DNA of 64,000 nucleotides from an uncultured bacterium (GTDB lineage Bacteria; Babelota; Babeliae; Babelales; Babelaceae): contig CAVRKK010000002.1 in the NCBI GenBank assembly GCA_963722385.1, positions 768,001-832,000 of the forward strand. The letters run 5' to 3'. How positions within the stretch are numbered: the first letter of the stretch is position 1; every line of letters begins with the position of its first letter. Shown one piece after another: positions 1-9,623 of this stretch. Under the pieces are notes generated by a model. It was not told where the DNA came from. It worked only from the letters and a program-made list of their open reading frames with translations, and ran no database searches. The position numbers and the translations under genes are program-made.

Positions 1-1
1 T

Positions 2-1369
2 ATTGCGGGGGAATCTGAAGAGGTAAAGCAAGCTAAAAATCCTGCGACGGTGGCCGAATCTCTTAAGTCTATAACCCCTGAAGTCTTTGAGAAGCTAACA
101 CCTGAACAACAAGCTGACGTAGCCGTCGCCTGGGTTAACTCGGATAATCCTGACGCGCAAAATCGAGCAGCAGAGACTGTTGCTGACAAGGAACAACAGC
201 TTGATGAGTTTACCAACGAAAAAACACCACTAACACCTGAACGCGTTGCTGCAATCGTGAAAATATCACGATTCCTTGCTTCGGTCATACGTCTAACTCG
301 TTTTGTTGCCATTGTTAAGTTACCATTTCAGGCCATGTTGAAGCTTACTCACGGGCTTGATAAATATATTCACACTGCTGTTTCTGCCGTTAAGAGCAGA
401 ATTGGCACGCAAGGGCTCACTACTGACCCGATCACCTGGATCAAAGCACAGGAAGCTGAATTGCAAAAAGAGCTTAAGAATCCTGAGCTGGACACGGCTG
501 GGCGGATAGCCGTTTGGACTGCGGGGCGGTTAGCTGAGAGTCTTTTCCCCTTGATAGGCATCATGTGGCTTGGCGAAACAATTGGGAGAACTGCACTTAT
601 CAGCAATCTCGATGCCATTGGTACGGTTTTTTCTAAAGCCTATAGATTACGAAAAGAGGCAGAAAAGACTTATGCTGCATACCCTGAGCTATCGGATAAA
701 ATGTCGAAAAATCAGCTTGTTGATTTCAGCAACAAAAAAATTGCTGAATTTGGAGCTACGGCAAACGAAGAGGTCAAAAAAATCAGTGATTTTAAAACCA
801 TACGAATAGGAATTGATAGAGAGAGAAATACCTATGCTTTTGAGGCCGACCCGGAAGCGCCAGAAGTGAAAAGTATGTATGCCAAATATGAGATACCTGC
901 GGACACAAGTCCTGAGGCTGCATATACAAAAATATCAACCGAAGAGCATAATATTTATCTTAGTCGAGTGAAAAAGTTTCTTGATGCAAAAGGTTTAACA
1001 AAAAACTCAAACATTGAAAAGCTTATCAAAAACGCTCACTTGGGTGAATACGCATGGCAAAAGCCTCAAGTTTCGTTTCCAGCAGATATGGCCCCAGAAG
1101 ACAAAGAAGCTGTTCAAAAAGAATTGAGAAGGATGAATTTAGAATGGGGAGCTATTGATACCAATATTGAAAATGTTTTACCAACACCTCAAATTATAGA
1201 AAAAAACAAGGCATACGACAAATTAATCAATATTCTGCGCAAACTCCAAAAAGACCGCAACAATAATCTGGTGATTATGAAAGGGGCGGTTGAATATCAA
1301 AGGTTCCTCGGCAACATCGATAATGACCAAGCTGTCGAAGATAAGATTTTGGGCAAGAAAACTGCCTAA
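2..1369 (+). CDS. Hypothetical protein, probably 5'-truncated by the window edge
   Basis: The frame is open from position 2 through the listed GTG at 50 to TAA at 1369. Mostly helical and charged, with no recognised motif. Confidence 0.7.
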   Translation: MAGESEEVKQAKNPATVAESLKSITPEVFEKLTPEQQADVAVAWVNSDNPDAQNRAAETVADKEQQLDEFTNEKTPLTPERVAAIVKISRFLASVIRLTRFVAIVKLPFQAMLKLTHGLDKYIHTAVSAVKSRIGTQGLTTDPITWIKAQEAELQKELKNPELDTAGRIAVWTAGRLAESLFPLIGIMWLGETIGRTALISNLDAIGTVFSKAYRLRKEAEKTYAAYPELSDKMSKNQLVDFSNKKIAEFGATANEEVKKISDFKTIRIGIDRERNTYAFEADPEAPEVKSMYAKYEIPADTSPEAAYTKISTEEHNIYLSRVKKFLDAKGLTKNSNIEKLIKNAHLGEYAWQKPQVSFPADMAPEDKEAVQKELRRMNLEWGAIDTNIENVLPTPQIIEKNKAYDKLINILRKLQKDRNNNLVIMKGAVEYQRFLGNIDNDQAVEDKILGKKTA

Positions 1370-1412
1370 AAGAGGCGCCTGCGCGTCGAGCGGCAAGCGG
1401 GGTTCTCGCAAC

Positions 1413-1615
1413 CTACGCTAATCGCCTTCTTTCGAAGGCTGCTCCGGACAAAACATGCGTTACTTCGCATGTTTATGTCCTATGCAACCCGTGCGCCAAG
1501 GTTTCACCGTGGACCCTTTCAAGCGGCCCCTTCCGTCTACGTTTTTCGCTCTTCTTTAGAAGAGCTACTTCGGACAAATTAGGCGCTACTCCGCCTAATT
1601 CTGTCCTTGCATCCC
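1413..1615. repeat. Two tandem copies of a double-hairpin unit (1413-1490 and 1537-1615)
   Basis: Copy 1 has GCCTTC/GAAGGC and GGACAAAACATGCG/CGCATGTTTATGTCC. Copy 2 has GCTCTTC/GAAGAGC and GGACAAATTAGGCG/CGCCTAATTCTGTCC. The CTACG and TGCA.CCC flanks are shared. Confidence 0.8.
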
Positions 1616-1699
1616 GGAAGGATGCGCCGGGGCTACTCGGAGGGCTCATCAGATTTTATTTATTAAAGATTTTGGTAGAGATTTACTACAGGGTAAAAG

Positions 1700-1864
1700 A
1701 ATCTATTCTCCGTTAGGAGAATTGCGTTTGCCGTAATCATGCGTCCCGCATGGTTATGGCATTGAAAGAAAAAAAGACGGAGCAAGATAGCAACAGATCC
1801 AAATCAATGGGTGCAGGGCCGCCGCCCTGCCGCTCGATGCGTAGTCGCGCCCACCGCGTAGGTG
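1700..1864 (+). repeat. Dispersed ~165 bp intergenic repeat (REP/MITE-like), copy A
   Basis: Matches the reverse complement of 15425-15588 in two blocks: AATCTATT..GCGTTTGCCGTAA..CGCATGGTTA and GGGTGCAGGGCCGCCGCCCTGCCGCTCGA..GTCGCGCCCAC.GCGTAGGTG. Confidence 0.85.
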
Positions 1865-1899
1865 TGCATGCTCGCCGCATAGGCGCCGCCCCTCTTCCA

Positions 1900-3357
1900 T
1901 TATTTGTCAATGAGCCACGCAAAGGTCTCGGGAGTGAGATCCGTCTCATTATACTTTTTTAGATGAGCGAGATGCCTGTCCGCATCCTCCACAAAAAGAT
2001 CGGCGGCAATGCCCTCAGCCAGCCTTTGAGCTCCGACGCTAATACCAGCAATATCCTCGCTAATAAGCCCATGACTTAAGGCAGCCGCGTAATTAAAACA
2101 GTGAATATTCTTAAGATACGGAGCCAGCCCCGGAACCTTCTCAAGAAACTCAAAACGCGGGCCCAAATAAGGGAACCTGCCTAATTTTTTCTCGATAGGC
2201 GTTTTTTGCAGCCCCACCACATCGTGCCATAACATAACCTTGTCAATAACACCCCGCAACTCAGGCTGCTTGCTCCCATCAACGGCAAAGCCCGTTGCTA
2301 AAATGACATAATCAGCCGTAAATATCCCCGCTTGTGTTACTACCTCTACCAGATTGCCCCGCTGGCGCAAACTATCTATGGCTATGCCGGGATAAAGCTT
2401 CACATTGTCATGCCCCTTTAATCGCATGACCGAAATAAGCGGCACGGTCGCTCCCGCAAGAAAAATATTCTTGAACATCTCCCACCGCTGCTGATCGCTC
2501 AATGAATAAAATCCCTGCTGTGCACCCTCATGGGCCAAATAACGCGTCTTGGTAACAAGCGGCGGTTGCGGCCGCCGCATAAGCAAAGAAACCGTGCGAG
2601 CACCGTGCTCTAGTGAATAGCCAGCCGCATCAAAAGCCGAAGCACCAGCTCCAATAATAACAATGTCTTTATTACGAATCGAGCCAGAATCAAGCGCCTG
2701 CGCGGTATGCGCATACCGCGAAACCGGAAGATCACCGACAAAGCTCGGCAACTCAAATCCTCCAAAACCCGGCCTCCCCGTAGCAAGAACAACCTTATGC
2801 GCTTTTATACTAAGCAGGCGACTGTTTTTCTTAAGAGTAAGTTGCAACAGCTTACCCGCCGGTGCGACCGAAACGAGCTGAACACCATTCTTAACGGGAA
2901 GGGCAAGCACTTTTTTGTACCATACCAAATAGCTACCCCATAACTCCGTCGGCACCATATCCATCTTTTGCCAGGCATCAGCTCCAAACTGCGCCGTATA
3001 CCACGCCCGAAAGGTAAGGTGCGGTATAAAAAGAGCCGGCCCTAGGTACTTCTTGTTTGATCGCAAAACATTCATACGCGCATACGTCTGCCACGGCCCC
3101 TCGCGGCCGTCTTTCTCCTGATCAATAATAAGAATATTGGTAACACCAAGCCTACGCAACGCAAAGCCAATCGCCAATCCCGACATGCCACCGCCCACAA
3201 TAACAACATCAATAGGCCCCTGCTCCTCACGCCATGACGCTGCCGGGTAGTTAATAAGCTCAAGCTCTTCGCGCAAAACAGCCTCTAATTGCTCCAGCCC
3301 AGCAAGGGTCCTTGCAGATCCGCTCAAAATGAGGAGAGAAATTAATAACCGGACCAT
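1900..3357 (-). CDS. FAD/NAD(P)-dependent oxidoreductase (flavin monooxygenase-like) with a predicted signal peptide
   Basis: Two Rossmann motifs (VGGGMSG, IGAGASA), two ATG motifs (LATGRPG, LATGF) and a hydrophobic N-terminus. Confidence 0.8.
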   Translation of the reverse strand: MVRLLISLLILSGSARTLAGLEQLEAVLREELELINYPAASWREEQGPIDVVIVGGGMSGLAIGFALRRLGVTNILIIDQEKDGREGPWQTYARMNVLRSNKKYLGPALFIPHLTFRAWYTAQFGADAWQKMDMVPTELWGSYLVWYKKVLALPVKNGVQLVSVAPAGKLLQLTLKKNSRLLSIKAHKVVLATGRPGFGGFELPSFVGDLPVSRYAHTAQALDSGSIRNKDIVIIGAGASAFDAAGYSLEHGARTVSLLMRRPQPPLVTKTRYLAHEGAQQGFYSLSDQQRWEMFKNIFLAGATVPLISVMRLKGHDNVKLYPGIAIDSLRQRGNLVEVVTQAGIFTADYVILATGFAVDGSKQPELRGVIDKVMLWHDVVGLQKTPIEKKLGRFPYLGPRFEFLEKVPGLAPYLKNIHCFNYAAALSHGLISEDIAGISVGAQRLAEGIAADLFVEDADRHLAHLKKYNETDLTPETFAWLIDK

Positions 3358-3658
3358 TTTGCACCACTATTTGTCAAATATTATTCATCTACACGGTAAA
3401 CGTAAACTATTTTTGACCACCAAGTCAATCAAGGAAAACGAGCCTTTATGAAATTAACAAAATAAGTTTAAAAAAAATGATTTTCAATCCACAACTCACG
3501 CGAAAAACGGCTTTTGTTTAAGAGCATACAAAGTATACTAATATCGTAAAAAATCACCGCAAGAACCGAGATAACTACTTGAAATTAACTTATCCTTGAT
3601 ATGTTGATTAAAATTATCTTATTCTTAAATTCGAAAAATCGGTGCAGGGGATGAGCAC

Positions 3659-4708
3659 ATGGGAACATTTCGATATCTTTTTCTGATAGTGCTTGCCAGT
3701 CACTTCTCGGTGACGGGAGCACCGGCTCAATCATGGACAGGGCATTTTCAGAAAATTTTCAGGCACCCTGAGCCCACGAAGCGCTTGATTACGATATCAA
3801 GCAGCAAGGAACCATGGCACGTTCCGCATTTTCGACAACTTATCTGCTCGTGGAATGCGCACCGGCCACGACGTGGCCATTTGCGATTTTTTGCCCGCGT
3901 CCGTAATAAAGCAACGAGTCAGTGGCTGTCCTGGCACAAGATTGCCGAATGGGGTTCCCATACCCAAAAATCTTTTAGCAATGCGGCAAAAGGGTCTTCC
4001 CATCATTTTGTACGGCTTGAGCTTGATCAAGATTTGTTGGCCGACGCCTTCGAGATCAAAGTACATGCATCCCATGGTGCACACTTAAAGGACATGGCTA
4101 TGGTTTCGGTGACGGTCGCTCGGCCTGAAAGCATGGCTCCTGAGTCAGCAACGCACTTCAAAAAGCTGCCCTCGGTGCTTATTCATTGTCCCGCCATATC
4201 GCAATTTTTAGTCGACCACCCTGATGCACATCGCATCTGCTCACCCGTATCATCAACCATGCTCGTAAGCTATTTAACGGGTAAGCGGATTAACCCGATT
4301 TCATTTGCAGAAAAGTCGTATGACCATGGCTTAAAAGTCTATGGCAACTGGGCATTTAACGCAGCACATGCCTTTGAGCAGGTTCAAGGTAGCCACTACA
4401 TTGCGGTTGCACGGCTCGGGTCATGGAGCGACCTACATGCCCTCTTACAGAAAAAAATTCCCATCGTGGTCAGCATACGGGGAGAGCTCGCTGGCGCGCC
4501 TAAACCATACCCTGAGGGCCACCTTTTGCTCGTTATTGGGTATAACAACAGAACACAAGAAGTTATTTGTCATGACCCAGCACAGCCAGAGGCAGCTCTG
4601 GTAAAAACTGCTTATGCGCTTGAACCTTTCTTAAGGGCCTGGGAGAGATCCCACCGCCTTGCTTATATTGCCCGGCCAGCCAAGCGGGAGGAGCAAGCAT
4701 GCAAGTAG
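3659..4708 (+). CDS. Peptidase C39-like family protein, exported
   Basis: SQF..ICSPVS (Cys), YGNWAFN, GHLLLVIGY (His) and HDPA (Asp) motifs, plus a signal-like N-terminus. Confidence 0.75.
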   Translation: MGTFRYLFLIVLASHFSVTGAPAQSWTGHFQKIFRHPEPTKRLITISSSKEPWHVPHFRQLICSWNAHRPRRGHLRFFARVRNKATSQWLSWHKIAEWGSHTQKSFSNAAKGSSHHFVRLELDQDLLADAFEIKVHASHGAHLKDMAMVSVTVARPESMAPESATHFKKLPSVLIHCPAISQFLVDHPDAHRICSPVSSTMLVSYLTGKRINPISFAEKSYDHGLKVYGNWAFNAAHAFEQVQGSHYIAVARLGSWSDLHALLQKKIPIVVSIRGELAGAPKPYPEGHLLLVIGYNNRTQEVICHDPAQPEAALVKTAYALEPFLRAWERSHRLAYIARPAKREEQACK

Positions 4709-4817
4709 GTTATTTGCTTATTTTGTATTCGGATTGGTCCTCTATACGCGCGATGGGACACCGAAGCACTATCCTGATTTTAAAATTTTTAAGCTTTTTG
4801 GCCGATAAAGGAGCGCT

Positions 4818-6080
4818 ATGAAAATTGCACGTGTTATTGGACGAGAAGTGTACGATTCACGCGGCTGGCCCACCCTCTTGGTTGAGTTGTTGCTCAGTGA
4901 TGGTTCTCTTTTTACGGGATATACGCCATCAGACAGTGTATCAAGCCGCTACCAAGCACACGAAAAGCTTGACAATGATAAGCGATTTGGTGGCAAGGGA
5001 GTCCGTAAAGCAATTGCAACAATTGACGAAGTCGTCGCTCCCTTCTTGGTCGGCAAAGAACCGATTATCCCCGAGCTTGATTTTGCCCTTATAAGCCTTG
5101 ACGGCACAACCGACAAATCAAACCTTGGCAGCAACGTACTTATTGCCCTCAGTATGGCACTCTACCGGGCTCACGCGTTTATTGAGCGCGTTGAGCTCTA
5201 TGAATTATTAGCGTACCTTGTTGGCGCTGATTCAGTAACCTTGCCCTGCCCACAAGTGACCCTCCTAACCGGCATCAGGACCATCAATGAAAATCTCTGC
5301 ATTCAAGAATGCATGATCGCACCGATCGGCTCATCCACACTCCAAGAAGCGCTTGAAGCCAGCTTTACTCTTTACCATGAACTCAAAAATATGCTTTTTG
5401 TCCGCGGCAAGCTTGTTGGCTTTGGTGATAATGGCGGCCTTGTAGCACCTTTTCATGATGACAGGCAGGCCCTTGATATCGTACTTGAAGCGGTTGAGCA
5501 GGCAATGCATAATGGTGCTCAAGGCTTTGGTATAGCATTAAATATTGGCGCCAATCATCTTTATGATGAGTCGTTTGAGCGGTACCGCGTACATGGGCAG
5601 GCAATAACCCGCCAAGAGCTCGTCAATTTCTATAACGAACTTGTTCAGACCTACCCCATCTATTCGATTGAGGACGGCTTGAGCGAAAATGACTGGGAAG
5701 GCTGGCGCCTGCTAACCGAGACACTGGGAGATAAGGTCCAAGTTGTCGGTGGCGACGTCTTTGCAACCTCGCCCGATCGGTTAAATAAAGTGACTGATTA
5801 CAATGTCGCAACGGCAGTTCTTATAAAACCGCATCAAATCGGCACTATTACCCAAGCAGTCCAAATGATTAACCTCTGCAAAAAGTACCAGCTCAACCCT
5901 ATCGTTTCGCTGGGTGGCGGTGAAACCGAAGACTCATTTATAGCCGATTTAGCCATCGGCACCAGCGCGGGACAAATCAAAGCCGGTGGCTGCTGCCGCA
6001 GCGAACACGTGGCCAAATACAATCGCCTATTGGCTATCGAGGAATCTCTAATCTCGGGCCGCGATCGCTTCCTGCTGTAA
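4818..6080 (+). CDS. Enolase homologue, probably catalytically inactive
   Basis: Full-length enolase pattern (DSRGWPT, GKGV, SIEDG, LIKPHQIGT, GETED, GQIKAG, AKYNRL), but the SGAST, His, GDEGG, two Mg-binding Asp and SHRS positions are substituted. RBS AAGGAG. Confidence 0.85.
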   Translation: MKIARVIGREVYDSRGWPTLLVELLLSDGSLFTGYTPSDSVSSRYQAHEKLDNDKRFGGKGVRKAIATIDEVVAPFLVGKEPIIPELDFALISLDGTTDKSNLGSNVLIALSMALYRAHAFIERVELYELLAYLVGADSVTLPCPQVTLLTGIRTINENLCIQECMIAPIGSSTLQEALEASFTLYHELKNMLFVRGKLVGFGDNGGLVAPFHDDRQALDIVLEAVEQAMHNGAQGFGIALNIGANHLYDESFERYRVHGQAITRQELVNFYNELVQTYPIYSIEDGLSENDWEGWRLLTETLGDKVQVVGGDVFATSPDRLNKVTDYNVATAVLIKPHQIGTITQAVQMINLCKKYQLNPIVSLGGGETEDSFIADLAIGTSAGQIKAGGCCRSEHVAKYNRLLAIEESLISGRDRFLL

Positions 6081-9065
6081 CTCTAACATTTCCTGGGTAG
6101 AAGGTTGCGGCGAGGCTTCTTTGCCGCGCCTCAATGACGCGTCAAATGTTTCAAGCGGCACCAGCGTCTCCTCGGCACGCGATGACGGAGGTGGCGCCTT
6201 GGCAATGTCTTCCGCCGGCACAAGCCGGGTTTCACGCATATAGTCTTCGACAATATCTGATTCTGCCGAATCTAAGCCAAAAAAGAAGCGCACAATCGGG
6301 TCCTTTTTATTGCCCATGAAGCTTTCATCGACAGGGCGCAAGCCTCCTCTGATCTTACGCGTCGTGTATTCACGCATGCTTGTCCTTCGACGCGGGTCAA
6401 CAATTGTCGGCCTGATAAAAATGCCCAATTCAGTTTCAGTAACGATCTCGCGATCGCCCCGGAAAAACCAGCCTATAATCGGGATGCGGCTCAAGATCGG
6501 CGTTTCTGTTACGAGTTGGAGCTTTTGAGTTTGCGTGAGCCCACCAATAACAAGCACCTGGCCGGGCCCCCGGTGACTACCACCCTTAAGGTTGACACAT
6601 GTTTGCACCTTGCGTGTATTACGCGTGAAGCCGACGTCAGACGTAAATTGCGTGACATCAACCACAACTTCAAGATTAAGCCGATCAACAGAGCTAATGC
6701 GTGGCGTCAAGCTCAAGCTGAGCGTCGCCGGAATATCGCCAATGTTCACCTGAATAGCACCACCCGTCGAGCTCGAGCCATCAGTCTGTGTCCGCCGGAT
6801 AAGGGAGCTATATACCTGAGCATTCGTATTATTAAGAGCAATTAAATGGGGATGGGAGAGCACTTTGGCATGCCCAATGTTGTCTAAAATACTCAAAAGG
6901 CCCCAAATACCCGTGCCCGCCGGATCATTAAAGGAGACCGCAGCGGTTCCCGGCGCTGCCGGAATAATCGTGCCCGTCGTATCGGTAAAGAACCGCAAAA
7001 GGTCACCCGTAATCGTGGTGTCAGCCGGGCAAGCGGCTTGAGCAAGATTTTGCGCCGCCTTGCTAGCACCGGCCAGGCTATCTTTAAGGCTGTTGGTGGC
7101 CTGAGTTGCCTGGCTAAGCGCTTGAGCCTGTGTAGATGCTCCCGCTTTAACGGCATTACCAAGGCTTCCTGCTGCGCTGGCAAAATCATTCGCTGCTTTT
7201 TGCAAGATGTCGCCGGTCAAGAGCTGACTCGCTCCGGAGGCTGCTGCTGCCATACATTCGGCGCTCGTTAAAATGTTGCTCGTAATATGGGCTGCCTGAA
7301 AGCCAGCCCCTGGCAAGAAGTCAAATCTACTCAAATTGCGTACTTGACTGTTGAGCCGTTTATCGAGATCCCGCTCGTAATCGACGATAAGCACTTCGAG
7401 GATAACCTGCAATTGCGGTACATCAAGCTTGTCGACCAATTTTCTGAGCTGTTCCCAGTCGGAAGGCTGGGCCGCTATGAGGAGCCTATTGCCCCCCTTA
7501 TAGACTGTGCCAGCCGTTGATCCCTGGTCAAATTCCGAACCAGCGGCGGCGCCTTGCGCTGGCTGGGGCGACTCAACCGGCTGGTAGGTTTCTGCACGAA
7601 TCACCACGCCTTCAAAAAACCGGCGCGCACCCGAAATCCTCTCTCCCGCCTTTTGTTCGCCAAGGCCTGATGAGGTAACAACACTCGTAAGCACTTCAGC
7701 AAAAGACTGCGCATCAAGGTACTTTAAGTCATAGACATGGAAAATGGAAGTTCCCGAGTCAAGCGGTGCATCCATATATTCTCGCACAAAGCTTTTCAAT
7801 CGATTGACAGGCGCTTCTTTGCCCATAATGATCAGCGTGTTACGCCTGGTATCCGCTACAACGCGTATATTGGTTGAAAAATAAGAGCCAATCGTCGTCT
7901 TTGGCTCATTGCCTATTATTTTATTTCTGCCGGCAACGGCCAAAATTTGCGAATTGAGCAACTCGGCGACATAGTGCGCATTCGCATTATAAAGCTGGAG
8001 GGTAGCAAGAGCGTGCTGTGCACTTGACGAATCAAGCTCGCTGAGAATTTGCAAGGCCGCCGTAACGACACGTGCTTTGTCGGTGATAACGATAGCGTTG
8101 GATACAGGGTCAACAAAAACATTGGTCGGCGCCGATAAAATCTCCTTAAGAATTACCAACACCGGGTTGCTTGCTTGGTCGTCAACCTTGAGATTGGACA
8201 AGTAATATATTGCACGTATAAAAGCATTATTGGCCGGAAGATCTTCAGGAATAAGCTTACTTGTTGTATCAAAAACGTAGAGCGGAAGCTCATTCGTTTG
8301 CGCTTCCTTGCTCTTGATAATAACCGTAAAATCTTCGTTCGGCGATCGCGTATACCCGACATAATCCAAAAATAGATCAAGATACTTTTCTGCTTCATCA
8401 ATCGTCAAGAGCCGACCTGGCTTAAACGTAATTTTTTGCTTAAGAGCAGCGGTTTGTTGCGGTACAATAATATTGAGCTTTGTTTTACGTGCAAATCGCC
8501 TGATTACATCGGTCAAATCAGCATTATCAAACGTAAAATCAATCAAATCTTCTGGTGTTTTAACTACTTTTTGTGGCACTTGTTTGGCGGTAACCGGAAC
8601 AGCTGCTTTTGCCGCTTGTGCTTTTTTTGTCGGCCCGCGCACTTCTTTCCAGGCGCTCACCACAGGTGGCCCAGCAGCGGCTTTTTTGGCCTTTTCTGCA
8701 GCCTCTTTTTTTTGCGCTGCCGCTTCCTTTTTTGCTTTTCGAGCTGCCGCTCTCTTTTTGGTAGCAGGCTCTTTTACTTTTGCTTCTTGTTCTTTTTTGG
8801 CTTGGGCAGGCTCTACCGGCTTAGGTGCCGCAGCTGGCTGTGCTGGTTTCACTGGCACTGTCGGTGCTACCGGTGCAGGAGGCGTAACCGGCTGCGCTGG
8901 TGTCACGGGCGGTGTAACGGGTACCGCCGGCTTCGCTGGCGTTTCAGGCACCGGCTGCCATTTTACGACAGGAGGGGGCGCCCCATTTTCAGCAGCATGA
9001 ATCGCCTGGCCACATCCTAGAGCGAGTAGTATGATAATATTTTTCTTAAGTGTATTGTTTACCAT
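6048..9065 (-). CDS. gspD: Type II secretion secretin GspD-like, copy 2, with a long Pro/Ala/Lys-rich N-terminus
   Basis: Signal peptide, N0 domain (IDFTFDNADL), N-domain repeats (VADTRRNTLII) and secretin C-domain motifs (QVILEVLIVD, LVIGGL, PILSRIPIIGWFF). Confidence 0.85.
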   Translation of the reverse strand: MVNNTLKKNIIILLALGCGQAIHAAENGAPPPVVKWQPVPETPAKPAVPVTPPVTPAQPVTPPAPVAPTVPVKPAQPAAAPKPVEPAQAKKEQEAKVKEPATKKRAAARKAKKEAAAQKKEAAEKAKKAAAGPPVVSAWKEVRGPTKKAQAAKAAVPVTAKQVPQKVVKTPEDLIDFTFDNADLTDVIRRFARKTKLNIIVPQQTAALKQKITFKPGRLLTIDEAEKYLDLFLDYVGYTRSPNEDFTVIIKSKEAQTNELPLYVFDTTSKLIPEDLPANNAFIRAIYYLSNLKVDDQASNPVLVILKEILSAPTNVFVDPVSNAIVITDKARVVTAALQILSELDSSSAQHALATLQLYNANAHYVAELLNSQILAVAGRNKIIGNEPKTTIGSYFSTNIRVVADTRRNTLIIMGKEAPVNRLKSFVREYMDAPLDSGTSIFHVYDLKYLDAQSFAEVLTSVVTSSGLGEQKAGERISGARRFFEGVVIRAETYQPVESPQPAQGAAAGSEFDQGSTAGTVYKGGNRLLIAAQPSDWEQLRKLVDKLDVPQLQVILEVLIVDYERDLDKRLNSQVRNLSRFDFLPGAGFQAAHITSNILTSAECMAAAASGASQLLTGDILQKAANDFASAAGSLGNAVKAGASTQAQALSQATQATNSLKDSLAGASKAAQNLAQAACPADTTITGDLLRFFTDTTGTIIPAAPGTAAVSFNDPAGTGIWGLLSILDNIGHAKVLSHPHLIALNNTNAQVYSSLIRRTQTDGSSSTGGAIQVNIGDIPATLSLSLTPRISSVDRLNLEVVVDVTQFTSDVGFTRNTRKVQTCVNLKGGSHRGPGQVLVIGGLTQTQKLQLVTETPILSRIPIIGWFFRGDREIVTETELGIFIRPTIVDPRRRTSMREYTTRKIRGGLRPVDESFMGNKKDPIVRFFFGLDSAESDIVEDYMRETRLVPAEDIAKAPPPSSRAEETLVPLETFDASLRRGKEASPQPSTQEMLELQQEAIAARD

Positions 9066-9071
9066 TGCTTA

Positions 9072-9623
9072 TTATGATGTCAATTTAGGTTGTAAAGTAG
9101 CAATTACCAATGTCACATCGAGCAGTGATGCTTTGGGCGATTTTATCAGCACAAGCTCCTTTGGATAAACACGGTCATTTTTTTCAATCTTATAGAGAAG
9201 CTCCGCCACCTGCTTCATGTTCATCTCTTTAAAGCTACTATCAAGCTGCACTTCCTCATAGCCGTTATTCAAATCACTTTCAGCAACCGTTGGCTCTTTG
9301 CTCATATGGTTGCTCAGCCCAAGCTCTTTAACCAGCAGGTCAAAATATTGGGGAATTTTAAAATTTTTGTCTTTGGCAAGAATCTCGTCCACCGTAGCGC
9401 GCTGCTGATTAATCAAACGATACTCTTGCAAAATAGCGCGCGCTTCCTCGCGCTGCTGATTAATGCGCCTCAGTCGTTGTTCAAGTGCCCCAATACGACG
9501 CCGTTGAAAAAAAATAAGTGCTCCCAGAAGCAAGAGAAAAATACCAAGAAATATCCCTAAATATTGGTAAAATTGCTTTTTCTCAAGCTCTTGTAAAAAA
9601 TTTCTAAATCCTGCTACCGTCAT
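9072..9623 (-). CDS. gspM: T2SS GspM/PilO-like inner-membrane protein
   Basis: One N-terminal TM helix, a coiled coil and a ferredoxin-like C-terminus. Its start overlaps the gspL stop. Confidence 0.65.
   Translation of the reverse strand: MTVAGFRNFLQELEKKQFYQYLGIFLGIFLLLLGALIFFQRRRIGALEQRLRRINQQREEARAILQEYRLINQQRATVDEILAKDKNFKIPQYFDLLVKELGLSNHMSKEPTVAESDLNNGYEEVQLDSSFKEMNMKQVAELLYKIEKNDRVYPKELVLIKSPKASLLDVTLVIATLQPKLTS

Noticed and set aside
1737..1962. Short ORFs 1737-1949 (-) and 1750-1962 (+), and likewise 15264-15575 and 15424-15675
   Set aside because: They lie over the GC-rich palindromic repeat and have no RBS or protein-like features.
4818..6080. Annotating this gene as functional eno
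   Set aside because: Most catalytic and Mg-binding residues are substituted, so the gene symbol was withheld.
8436..9020. Long antisense ORFs (194 and 175 aa)
   Set aside because: Shadows of the low-complexity Pro/Ala/Lys region of the secretin gene.
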